Below, piece after piece: positions 25,245-37,209 of a DNA stretch of 64,000 nt. A program made the position numbers and the translations under genes. Every line of letters begins with the position of its first letter. Positions within the stretch are counted from its first letter, which is position 1. The DNA comes from Azolla caroliniana (Eukaryota > Plantae > Polypodiophyta). Below the pieces are notes generated by a model, which ran no database searches, was not told the origin of the DNA, and saw only the letters and a list, made by a program, of their open reading frames with translations. The stretch lies in contig JBHGNT010000011.1 in NCBI GenBank assembly GCA_043228905.1, positions 22,134,001-22,198,000 of the forward strand, read 5' to 3'.

Positions 25245-25315
25245 CAATTCATAATCTAATGGTAAGAGCTCGACCCATGTAGCATAAAGTCATGGGTTCG
25301 AGTCTTGCCATGACA
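25245..25315 (+). other. tRNA-like A-box/B-box module at the outer end of the LTR (also 19992-20062), antisense to the element
   Basis: A-box-like TAATCTAATGG and B-box GGTTCGAGTC at tRNA spacing, with variable-loop-like AAGTC. Acceptor and anticodon stems are not intact. Confidence 0.55.
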
Positions 25316-28300
25316 CCCGCCCGCCTCTTCATGCTGAAGACTTCCCAATCATGTACCGATCGAATCTTGTACCCTAGCATCCTCCCCCAAGGCAAGTACT
25401 TTTGTTGTCCAAGCATCATACCATCTTCGCTTCTAATCCTAGGGTTCCAAAACAACGGTTGTTGTAGTTGTTCATCTAGTGTTTTCGGTTGCATTAAGAC
25501 CAACCCTTCTCTTAAACATGACCATGCCTTCATTATGGTGTGAACCACCCTATCCTCCATGCTAGCTGGTTCTTTCAACTTTAGAGTTGCATTGAACCAC
25601 CACCATGTATTTGCTTACCAAGGACCACCATTCCTGGGACACCAAAGGTCAACTCTATTCCTAAGGAGCACCTTCCACAATTCTGGTCCGGGTTGCAAAC
25701 TCCGCACCAAAAGCTTACCAAGTAGAGCCTTGCTTTGGTGAACCATATCCACTAGTCCAAGTCCTCCCTCGTTCTTTGTCTTAATTAAACAACCCCACGC
25801 CACTTTAGCTGATGCCATTTCATCGTCTCTACCCGACCACAAGAAGCCTCTCACCATTGCCTTAATATTTTTTATGCAGGGTTTGTCTAACATCCAACAT
25901 GCCATTGAATGCCACATGGTGGCCAGCAAAATATGGTTCACCACCACAACCCTACCAGCAAGGGAGAGCTTTATTGATGCCCACAACCGAAGCTTTTTTC
26001 TAATTTTGTCTTTGACCTGCTCAAGCTGCTGATTTTTAGGTGTCTCAACTCCCACCAAGAAGCCCAAATACTTAACAGCCATGCCATTGGGGACCCATTG
26101 AAAATCAACGTTAGGCTACCATAACGGTCGTGGGTCATTCCCTTGCAAGTAAAGCATAGTGTCATCTGCATACTCAAAGTCCAGCAACTCCTTACTCGCA
26201 TGTGGAATAACTAAACCCCTTGTTCCTGCATCCGATCTGTTCAAAAAGAAAGAGAATGACTCTGTAATAAATAAATAAAGATAGGGGGCCAGCGGGCACC
26301 CCTGTCTAACAGACCTGCGTAATGGAATCGACGGGCCACAATGCCCTGTCACTAACACCCTACTTGAACTTCGTTTGTAAAGGGCTAGCGCAACCGATCG
26401 CCACTTTAAAGGTAAACCCAACCTTTCCATGACTTTATCTAAAAAAGGCCACTGAACTCTATCATATGCCTTCTCAAAGTCAAGCATGAGACAGGCAATG
26501 TGCTAATTGGTTTTCTTTGCCAAGGCAATCACCTCCCAAAATGTCAACACATTATCAATTATGCATTTGTTTTCCATGAACCCTGTTTGTCCAACATGGA
26601 TTAGTTCTTGCAGGTAGGGTTTTACCCTCTTGGCTTGTATATTAGGAAATATCTTATATATTGTGTTGAGGAACGTGATTGGTCTCCATTGCCTTGCATC
26701 AGTTGTTACACCTTGTACCTTAGGAATTAGAAATATCATCCCCTCTTGAAATTGCTCAGGTAAGTACCCAACATCCCATGCCTCTTTTAGCCCATCACCC
26801 AAATCTGCCTTGATCATGTCCCAAAAATTTTCGAAAAAATCACTTCATAATCCATCGAAGCCTGGACAAGACGTTCTACAAATACCTGCCAAAGCATCAA
26901 CCACCTCCTCCTCCAAGAGAGGCCTCGCCAAATTAGCTTGTGTCGCATCTGAAAATTTGTGTTGCATTCCCTCTAGCACATATTCTATCATAGCAGGTTG
27001 TTCGGGGCTATTGTAACTATCTGAAAGCAACTCATGATAGTGTGATGTGACCGCCTCCAAGATCTTTGAAATATCCTCCGACATAGAGCCATCTCCCTTA
27101 ACCAGCTTCGGATCGTAGCTATAGTTTGTTCTAGGCTGTTTATGCATGAAAAATTGTTTATTCACCTTATCCCCATTTTTTCTCCACCATGCTACCGAAC
27201 TCCTAAATAGCATCGTATTTTTGGATGCAATCAAGCATTGCAACGTTTCTCTGGCGGCCTCGAGGCTTGCCCTAGACCGTTGGCATCGGGGATCTTTCTG
27301 TAGAAGCCTTTGGGCAGCTGCTATTGATCTCCTTAAACACATTGCTTCCTCCTTAGACCTCGCAATTCTAATTTTCGTCGCCCTATGGAGATAAGTTGAC
27401 CTTTCGATAATCTTCCCTTGAAGTTTATCAAGTGCGCCACACCCAGCTGAATTGCTTTCCCATATACGCCTTATGTTTCTACTCACCTCTGCATCCTCAA
27501 AAAGTTTTTTGTTGATCCTCACATTGCAGTCCCTTGCTGGTCTCCTCTGCATTTCTAGCGTTATCTTAACCGACATATGATTAGAGTAGGCTGAACCCGC
27601 AATGATTTCAACATTGGTTCCAAATTTTTCTAGTTCTGGACTGATGTATATTTTGTCTATGCGAGCCATGCAAAAGCCATGCATACTGCAACCTGCTCTC
27701 GAAAAACTTAGCGAACTTCGAGACTTTTTTATTACATGCTAGGCATCTTTCACCCCCATTCGATCCATAAGCAAATCCTACGCAACTAGCTCAGCCCCCT
27801 GCACCACCATTGACATACCCCCTACTTTGTCCTCTTTGTACAAAGTCATGTTAAAATCCTTAGCAAGGATCCATGCATTTGCCATCGGCAGAGCATCGGC
27901 CAATTGCCTCCAAAAAAGGGTATGGTTCGTTGACGAATTGGGCACATACACATTTATTATGCCAATTATACATTGGACCCATCTAATAGTCACATAGATG
28001 GCACGTCCCTCCACTATGGTGTCCTAACCCACCACAACGACATCTGAAGACTTCCTTATAGATGTACAGACACTCCCTTTCCTATCGTGCTCACCTTGAA
28101 CTGGGGACCAGAACGTCTGCCAATCTCCCTCAAGGGGATTACCAATATTCAAGATCTTGTTCGCACTTAGATGGTCCTATTCCAACAGTAATATATCTGG
28201 GGCCCCCTTGAAACTTGGGGAAGTTCTTCCTCTCCAACATGCATTTGCTACCCCCTAGACCTTGTATGTTCCATGTGAGTAATTTCATCAAAACATGAGT

Positions 28301-28332
28301 GAAGTTTCCCATGACGGACATAACCCCTCCCC

Positions 28333-29790
28333 TTGAGTCCATGCCCAACCGCCCTTACTAAGCTCTCCCATCCCAACACAACATCCTGCCGCATTGCATC
28401 CTCTATTTCCTCCTCATGGAGGTGCAATACCTCATGGAGGCAATCTACCCTCTCTTCTATGCTTAGTAGCAACTATTTTTTAATGCATGAATCATTGACC
28501 CTCCCACAAATCATTTTAGCATTCATCCACATCACTCTCCAGTTATCTCCATACGAAGTGATGGGCAAATTGTTAAAGTACTTGTTCACCCTACCGGTTA
28601 TGGAACTCGAGATCCATTCCATGTTATTGGCTGAAATCTCCAGGCCTGTCAGGTCAAAAGATAAACAAGCATTTGGCAACTTGTTGCGTTCATTGACAAC
28701 CACATAAACCCTCAGCCTTGGGCCTTCCTCATGACATAAGTCAATCATTCTCTTGAGAGCCTGTTGGCTAAACCTGCACCCCTTGTCGAACCTATCCCTT
28801 ACTGATCTTTTGGACTGAACAAATTTCACCGGAACTTGAGCATCTATGCCTAAAGTTACTTGTCTTGTCTCATGCAACTTCTGAGTTTCGGAACTAATTG
28901 GTGAGCTTTCTTGCCCCCTCCCAGTACGCAACCACTCTTTCATCGCTCTCAGTCTGATACTTCCACTCTTACCAAGCAAGGCATCAGGTGTGCACACTGC
29001 CACCTCTTCAACATTATTTGAGCTTTGATCTTGCAACATATCCTCTTCTTCTAACAATGCCTCAAACCTATTCTTCAACCTTACATGAGGCATAGTTGTG
29101 TTTCCTTCTTGCTACAAGCGATTTTTTCACCCCAAAACCAAAGTCCAAGAGTCTGTATTAGCCTTCTCCTTCACTACCCCATTGAGGGTGTTCTGATATT
29201 TCACCCCTATATTCTCTTGCTTAGCAACCTGCCCTTTCTCCTTTCCCACCCTCCCATTACCATTGATCTTCTTAGGGCATTCCTTAGCAATGTGACCCTT
29301 CTTTTTACAATGAAAACATTAGCTAGGTAAGCCCTCGTATTTCACCGCCACATCTATCAGTCATGCTTCTACATCATGAACCCTAATTATAGGGGGGAGT
29401 TTGGACGAACTTTGCATAAGCACTCTAATCTTAGGGTAGTCCATGACTCTATCTACCATCGTTGCCTTTGAGGGACAGACGATGCCAATCTTATCCCCAA
29501 TCTTTGGAATCAAGGGGTATAACTGGCGAGGCAGATTTGGGAATATCATAGAAATCACCCGAGGGTTACCAATTTTCTTGTCTTCCTCCATAGCATTGAA
29601 GTTAGCATGCCACTCGAGCAAAAGAGCTCTTCCATATTTGAGCTCTACAAATTTCATATCCACAATCCGCGATACAGCACCCCCCTCGACCACTTCAACA
29701 TGGAAGAAATTTCGACCCATATTGTGCACATTAGAACATGTCCTCTGTGGCGTCCAATTCCACAACCCAATCCAACCCCTGTGACAATCC
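28333..29790 (-). pseudogene. LINE ORF1 remnant (DUF4283-like region plus CCHC zinc knuckle)
   Basis: ORFs 29361-29765 and 28473-29093. YEGLPS*CFHCKKKGHIAKECP at ~29340-29275 has an in-frame stop. Confidence 0.75.
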
Positions 29791-30276
29791 GCCTGCTTGC
29801 ATTACTGCATTATGGAGGAGGCCGCGGGCAGGCAGGGGTGATATTCCTCTTGATTGAGAGGTTATTATATATAAAAGTTATCCTTTATGGAATTCCTTTT
29901 GTTTAAGCACATGCAATAACACCATAAGGAGTAAAGAGTACATGCATCTCTATCGGTGTGTACAACCATCGATCTCGCGAGTAAATAACCTACACGTTCG
30001 CACTCGGAAACCACGTATGTATGTCATTGTTGTGATCCCATAGCTCTTAAAGTCATTGGGCTAGCTAGGTGTTCCTTCAAGGACAAGTTAGAGGCCACTT
30101 CCCTAATGGGCCATACCTTCTTCACATACATACATACATAGCGGGAAGTGAGAGAAAGAACCCTCCAATGATACTCTAACTCCTCCCCAAACCTTTCCTA
30201 GATATACATATATACATATACCCCCAACAGAGTTTCTCTGAGACACTCGCTCCTCTCTCCCCTTCTCCGTGTAAGT

Positions 30277-31308
30277 ATGGCGACCTCTGTTTGTATTCTA
30301 TCCTTAGCTCTCCTCCTCTGCTCACCCACTCTAGCTTTCCTCGTCCCTTCCTCATCTCCACACTTGTCCTATCATCATGGCCCTCTCCTTGCCGGCCCCC
30401 AGCCTATCAATCTCTACCTCACATACTATGGCAAATTTCGACCCTCAGATCAAGCCACTCTTCGCGCTTTCCTCTCTTCCCTCTCAGGGATCAAAGAAGA
30501 TCAGCATCCCCAACGCCGATCCATGCGAACTACCCCTTACAATAATATTATAGAGACCCCCACCCCCACTGTGGCTAATTGGTGGGCAGTCACCCGCCAT
30601 TACGCTGATGTGAAGGGGCGATCTGTTTCTCAGAAGTTGGAAGTGTGCGGTGAGACGAAGGATGATACCTACTCTCTAGGTCGCCATCTCAAGGCAGAGG
30701 ATATAGCCCTCTTGGCAAAAACCACTGCGGAAGCCTTCTCGGTGGCGGTGGGGGGCGCTTATTCGGGGAATTCTGTAATTTTGATCTTCACGGCTCAGGA
30801 TGTGTACATCGAAGGGTTTTGCATGCACTCATGTGGCGGCCATTCCGAGATGCACATGGAAAGCCCTAATAATGGAGGGGGGAGTAAGGTGCCCTATGCA
30901 TGGGTGGGGAATTCTGGGGAGCAATGCCCGGGCTTGTGTGCATGGCCATTCGCACGTCCACAATATGGGCCCCCTATGGATCCTCTCAAGGCTCCTAATG
31001 GCCGAGACGTGGATGGGATGGTCATAACCCTAGCCAAACTCTTGGTTTCCATTGCAACGAACCCCTTGGGCAATGCCTATTACCAAGGTGGTGATGGTGG
31101 TGATAATGTCTCTAATAACTTTGGCCTTGAAGTTGGTGGAGCTTGCTTCGGGCAATTTGGAACAGGGTCATACCCTGGCTACCCTGGTCTCCTCGTCTCT
31201 AACCCAACAACAGGTGCAAGCTATAATGTGGAAGGCATTGGTGGAACCCAGTTCTTGGTGCCTTGGATATGGAATCCTTCCACTCTCTCATGTGTCGGTC
31301 AAGCTTAA
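30277..31308 (+). CDS. EXORDIUM / phosphate-induced PHI-1 family secreted protein; intronless
   Basis: Signal peptide; LSYHHGPLL, PTVANWW, LIFTAQDVYIEGFCMHSCGGH, YAWVGNSGEQCPGLCAWPF, APNGRDVDGMVI, ATNPLGNAYYQG, YPGYPG, ASYNVEG..FLVPWIWNP. Confidence 0.93.
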   Translation: MATSVCILSLALLLCSPTLAFLVPSSSPHLSYHHGPLLAGPQPINLYLTYYGKFRPSDQATLRAFLSSLSGIKEDQHPQRRSMRTTPYNNIIETPTPTVANWWAVTRHYADVKGRSVSQKLEVCGETKDDTYSLGRHLKAEDIALLAKTTAEAFSVAVGGAYSGNSVILIFTAQDVYIEGFCMHSCGGHSEMHMESPNNGGGSKVPYAWVGNSGEQCPGLCAWPFARPQYGPPMDPLKAPNGRDVDGMVITLAKLLVSIATNPLGNAYYQGGDGGDNVSNNFGLEVGGACFGQFGTGSYPGYPGLLVSNPTTGASYNVEGIGGTQFLVPWIWNPSTLSCVGQA

Positions 31309-31559
31309 TGGAGGTAACATATCCCTTGCCCCTTGGCATTAGTGACAACTTCTTCCACTATACAACATACATAATGTATATGACATAGTTGTATTTCCTT
31401 TCCCCCAAAGTAGACATGGACTTTATCATGTGTTTATCAAGCTTAATTTCACCACCTGTTCTATCCCAACCCTGTACATATGACTTGTTTTATGAAGTTT
31501 GCGTATATACTCCTCCTCTTTGCCTAACAAAAAAGGTTTTCCATGTACTATCTTTCTAT

Positions 31560-31597
<38 letters not shown>

Positions 31598-33202
31598 TAG
31601 TTTTATGAAATATGTGTATGAACTACTCTTTGCGAAAAGGTATGCAAGGTACTTACTATCTTGGCATGTATATGACTTAGACTTTTAGAATTTATGTATG
31701 AATTTGCTTCTTTTCTATCTTAGCATTATGTATGACCACCTTTTTCAATTCACAAATGGTTACAATTATGTTCAAGATAGTACTCCCTGGGATGCGTGTG
31801 CACACAAGCATGATGTTTATAGGTACACCATAAACTTAGATAAAATGCTATGAGATTGACGTTTTCGTCCTTTTTTCGAGTTGTGAGCCTCACATTTAGT
31901 TACCAAAAAACACAAAGCTATTGTAATGACGGTGACAATGATGATCATGATCATTATAATCCAATTCCAACACATTAGTAAAGTAGCTTCCAATCCTCAA
32001 CAATTTAAAGGATAGTCTAGTGTTTGGAACCTTAAATCTTTTGTGAACCACTCTCATAAAGCTTATATGACCTACCAATACCACTCATTAAATGTATGGT
32101 CTAGATTATCTTAGCCTAGAAGGTGTCACTTGTTTTTCTTATGATGATGTAGGTATCTTGACTTTTGATTTCCTATTACCTAGTTAGTACTTTACCTTAA
32201 ATGCAAAAAAATAAAGTGGAGGTATAATGCCCTTGAAGTCCTATTTAAATATAAAATAAATGGATTATCATGACAACCTTACCATGACTACATGCTCTTA
32301 AAATATAAGACTTTTTAAAAAAATTTAAATTTTCTTGGCACTTGCATGACATAATAATATCTTTATCATGTCATTTTGAAACACAAGTAGTATTGTGATT
32401 GCATTAGTTTGCTTGTTCATTGTAAACCAATACAATTATCTAATTGTAGCTTTATGATTCAGCCACTCTAAATTTGTATAGTTAACATAATACATTACAA
32501 TCTTCTTGTATTCATGGCTCATTTATTAATTACCCTAGCTCCATGGAATGGGACACAGTTCAGAAATCTTATCCAAGATTTGTGTATATGCAAATGTTCT
32601 GAAAAATATCTTCAAAGGCAACCAATCACTTGTATAATCATTGCATTAACTGAGATGTAGCTACCAATATGTGATCTTCTCCTTGCTTTCGTAGCCCCCA
32701 TTAACATACATCATGGCAAATATTTGTTCCTATGCAAATAATTAAAGTGGCACACAAAAAATATGCATGTTTTAATGACAATGCACACAACACAATATAC
32801 ACAATGCTACACGAATGTAACAATTCATAGTAAAGTCTCTAGAAAAACAGTTGTCGCATATACCTCATAAGAAACCATTAAAACCAATCCTACAACTTAC
32901 AAGACAGTGAGTATGATGATAGATGATAACACATAAAGGAATGTAGAATATTTTGATGATCTCCACAATATGATCAAAGTTGTATCTTCAGATCGAGGCA
33001 AGTGCTTTACATATATATTAGTGATTTGTTACATTTTTTGTATAAAGTATGACCAATTCACGAGATAACAACAAAATGGAATGTAATGCTACATATTTTA
33101 CCCTCAAGAAAAATCACTACAGATCAATATATCTTATGTCATGAGACAGAAGCTTGCAGCCAAAACACTAATAAAAAAACATTGAAAAGAGAAGCCTTTG
33201 AT

Positions 33203-35891
33203 TTAAGATTCAGCAGAAACTTCTGAAGGTGTATCCTTTTGCAAGCTAAGTTTTAGTTCTTCCATCTGGAAGACAATAAACAATATGATATGATTGACCT
33301 CCTGTGATAGTAATAAGTAACTGCTAAATGTAACAGAAAAAGGGGTCACCTCTTTACATATCTGCTCATGTTGTATTTGTAATTCTTCATACTTTGTTTC
33401 AAGTTCTTCTTTCTCTGTTTTTAGAGTCTGAAACTCGGTTGTGGTTGGGCCTCCCAAATTACGCTGTATAAATCTGACGGACACAAAATTTAGACAAACA
33501 AACCACACCTACAACTGAATTCATTGTTCTTCATTAACTACTTAAAAGTTGTTTATGGGTACTCTGGTCATTTCTGAAAACTTAGGGGTATTCTCATGAA
33601 TATCCAACAAGTTGATGTATTTTCATGCTCCTTTTTATTTTACAAGAAAAGGGAGCATGATTGAAGTTAGGCTCTTGAGCTCACCATTGAAGCGATGAAA
33701 TTTGCAGTTCATGGGTAGTGTCTTGGCATGCTATGACAAAACAAACAGAGTAGTACATGGTTGATAAATCTCTCATTGTGTGTGTGTGTGTGTGTGTGTC
33801 ATGCAAAATAGTATGGCAGAATAGACCCAAATAGTAGAGAAAATTATCACGACAGAGGGGTATTGTAGTTATTTCTGAAAACTCAGGGGTATTCTCACAA
33901 ATGCCCAACAAGTTGTGGTATTTTGATGTTCTCCCTTTTGATTGTCTGCTCTTCAACTCATCACTAAAGTGGTGAAGATTGCACTCATGGCTAGTGTGTG
34001 TTTGCATGTTTTGAGTTTATTTTCTTTTTCTCCATTCTGGCTTACACGTTTTCTTTTTTTTCATTACTCATACTTGCTCATAAATTCAGTATATATCTAG
34101 TCCCAATTTAACATCATCAGCAACGGAGCCCTTGACATGGCCTTAGCTTTTATTGTGTTCCAAAATAATAGGGAAATCATTTGACACTTCTTTTAGATAT
34201 ATTATTAGGAGATTGTAGCACCTTTGGACTACGATATTATTACATAACTTCTGTTATTTACCTGTCTTCATTTTGATCTTGAGCTATTTGGATTAGCTTG
34301 TACCCCTATCTTTCTAAACATAATAAAGAGTTCCTAACGCCTTCAGATTAGAATATCACTACAGATCCTCAGTCATCACAACTCATAACTCATGAAACTG
34401 TCTCATCATGATCATGAACTTTTTGGATTATCTTATACCCCAATGCTTACATCTACCTCAAGATTTTTTCCTAGGGCTATAGAATAAGGTTTTTGAAAAT
34501 ATGAGGATGTCAACCAGCTAATGGATCACTAAGATGGACCCTACTACCTTACACCCATGATAAAACCATGACTGAGAGCAGAAAAAGCACGGACATTAAA
34601 TGCATACACATAAACACTATCCACAACTGAAACTACAAAAAATATGAAGGAAATTCACATTCTAGAGGCATAAGTAAAAGATCAGCATTTTTTGAGGATA
34701 TAGTAGGACCAACAAGCAACTCCATTTCGTTATATATGCATACACATAGAACTAGCCGTCAGCTTTTTGCAAAGTAAGGTACATCTCAAAACTCAAAAGG
34801 CATTGCATATGCTAGGATATAAAAAAATCTGAAATCTTTATAGCACAATAAGACAAAACTCACTCTATTGCAGATGTAGGCTTGTCATTCTCCTCGTACA
34901 GGCCCACAAGCACTGAAAATTAAATACAAGGAGAAGATGATTTCAAACACTTTCATATTTATATATTACCAAAGATACTACAGAAACAAAATCTAAATGC
35001 CGTAAAAGTGATCGTGGCCTCTCCGATCCCACTCCAAACTTAAGGAAGGGATGAAGGAATCGAGTCTTCCCAATTTGATCTAGATGAGGAGCAACGTTAC
35101 TTCAAACACTTTCATATTTACATTACCAGCTAGATACTACAATCTAAATGCCCTAAGAGTGATTGTGGCCTCTTCTGTCCCCCGCCAAACTTACGGGAAT
35201 GGATGAAGGCATCAATTCTCCCCAAATTAATCTTCTGATTCTCTGACCATTTTGTTCTTATCTCTCCCTCTTTTGATCAACTATCAAAACCCCGATCATG
35301 TGCAATGTCTCAATCTTCTAGATTATCTATGCAGGCAGGGGATGACTTTCATTGCTTCCTTTCTCTAGATTCTCTAATCATTTTTTCTTATCTCTGCCTC
35401 TTTTGGTCAAGCACCAATGTCCCCATCTTCAAAGTTATCCATGGAGGCAAGGGATGGCTTTGATTGCTTCTATCTAGCCTCTCACCAAGTCCCCTTGGAC
35501 TTCTTCCAAGCATATCTTAGGAGTTATGCACGAAGTGCATTGGAATGTAAATCATGACATTATGTACATCGCAAAATGTGATCCGCTGCCTGTCTTTGTG
35601 AATGATGAATTAACCTTTCCAAAAACGTGCAGGGATAACAATTACATTAGAAAGACAAAAACACACGTAAATTTTAAGAAGAACACAATTTGAACTCCAC
35701 TCTAATCCAACAATCCAACAGGGATATACATTGAAACGTACAATGATGCTACAATGTGAAATTTACAAAATAATAATGCAAACAATACTTCTACGCAAAT
35801 TTTAGGTTAGAATAAAACCTTTAGTAAGAGCATCGAGCACCCCACTAGCCTCTAAATACTTCCTAAATGCTTCTTTCTTGGATTCGCTTGC
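33203..35891 (-). CDS. c-Myc-binding protein (MYCBP/AMY-1) homologue; exons 35891-35819, 34912-34864, 33473-33350, 33265-33203; probable first exon ~36316-36300 (joining phase unresolved)
   Basis: Spliced ESKKEAFRKYLEASGVLDALTKVLVGLYEENDKPTSAIEFIQRNLGGP followed by a coiled coil; GT-AG introns. Confidence 0.85.
34942..35476. repeat. Two adjacent diverged tandem duplications in a MYCBP intron (A: ~34942-35080 / 35101-35232; B: ~35237-35367 / 35368-35476)
   Basis: TTCAAACACTTTCATATTTA occurs twice; GATTCTCT..CATTTT.TTCTTATCTCT.CCTCTTTTG.TCAA occurs twice. Confidence 0.8.
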
Positions 35892-36922
35892 CTAAAAAAA
35901 CAAAGTTAGTTCAATAATCATAACCCACCCACTCGAAGAAGTATGATTTGTTTCTCATGGGCATAAAGTAAATCCTCTTTGATACATAAATTCACTCTCG
36001 GAGGAAAAATAACAGAGTATATGGTAAATATAGTCTCCAAGATAAACAAAGGGTTGTGTGTGTGTGTGTTAATGGAGGGAGGAAGAGATTACCATGTGGG
36101 CAAAATTGCGTGTGCTGTTCTACGAGAATGCAACAGGAAAAAAACAGTATTTTGTAACGGGTTAAGAGAAAACTTATCAAAACAAGCCCCTCAATTAACC
36201 GTAAACTATAGAACTAGCCTGATGTTTTGTTACAAGCACACATACGTATATATCACGAGAAATGGCCCATGGGCAGCAAGGAAAGAAAAAAACATTTACC
36301 CATAAGATGGTGCCATCCTCTCACGTACGCTTGTTAGAGATTTGTATATGTATGTTTGTTAGAGTTCAAACAAACGAATCTATATTGATAAGCTAAAAAG
36401 TAAAGTTTCCACTTCGGCACATGTTTGAATCCATTTTGGTTGAGTTTCAATATTGGATTTGTCTACGAGTTCAAAGCTTACGTGGTTCAATTTGAGTACA
36501 TGTTTCCTTACAAGTATTCAATCCACCCACATGCCTCTGAAAGCCTATGTCCTGCTTATTGTGCTTGCAGCTACTGAATTGTTGCAATGGTACTACCATT
36601 ATTTTTATTTCCATGCCTCGTGAACCCCATCTTCAATTCAATTCCATGTGAGCCTTGGAAAATGGGTGTTGAAGTAGACATGCCAATAAATTATTATTTT
36701 CAATTTAAACGAATAGAAAAGGTAAGCAATTGATTTTAAAAAAGGAAGTTTGAGCTTCCCTTGGACTATGCTTTTGGGGAAACGCATAATATAATCACAC
36801 TAAATGGGATTTGAACTTGTGTGTGATTCATAGTATATAAGACCCTCTCTTTGATGATGTAAACTTTACCTTCCATCATAACCATTCAAAATCTTCACAC
36901 GTGGCCTTTTGGTTGGATAATG

Positions 36923-37209
36923 TACTTTCCAAATTTCTAAGACTATGATGATGAATATTTATCCTTGCAATTCTGTTTGAATATATAACACATTTGCTAG
37001 ATACAATTCTTGCGCGTTTCTAATTAGGAAATGATTGGAGATGTTATTTAAACTAGCTGTTTAGAGACATTATGTTTTTTTGATAATCTACTTTCCATAT
37101 TTCCATAAAGTAAAATGATGATTATTTACCTATGCAATTTTAATATATACCGCATTTGCTAAAAACAATTGTTGAGCTTTTCTAGCAATAAAATAATTGG
37201 ACAAGTTAT
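36923..37209. repeat. Diverged ~165-bp tandem duplication, intergenic
   Basis: TACTTTCCA...ATGATGA.TATTTA...AATATATA..CATTTGCTA...ACAATT repeated at ~36923 and ~37089. Confidence 0.7.

Larger units (their letters stand above)
19620..25315 (-). mobile_element. Full-length young Ty3/gypsy chromovirus LTR retrotransposon (Tcn1/Tf1-sushi-like)
   Basis: TGTCA...TGACA termini. TSD CCCGC at 19615-19619 and 25316-25320. Domain order gag-PR-RT-RH-IN-chromodomain. PPT present. Confidence 0.97.
24871..25315 (-). repeat. 5' LTR (445 bp)
   Basis: Direct repeat of 19620-20062; contains the TATA box, HSE and predicted transcription start. Confidence 0.97.
18398..28288 (-). pseudogene. LINE ORF2 remnant (APE endonuclease, RT, zf-RVT), fragmented by stops and frameshifts and split by the gypsy insertion
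   Basis: MKLLTWNIQGLG at 28288; INVYVPN, DFNM, ARIDKIY; WRPITFLNTIYKI, LDFEKAYDRV, RQGCPLAPYLY, YADD, KYLG; CKLC..ESISHCF. Removing the gypsy element and one CCCGC restores the frame ...KRRAG|QDVNYR. Confidence 0.9.
18113..29834 (-). mobile_element. Decayed L1-clade LINE (~6 kb without the nested LTR element), bounded by a 17-bp target-site duplication
   Basis: Direct repeat GGGGTGATATTCCTCTT at 18096-18112 and 29835-29851. The A-rich tail (TTCTTTTCTTTTTT on +) abuts the left copy. ORF1 and ORF2 remnants are in the correct order. Confidence 0.9.
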
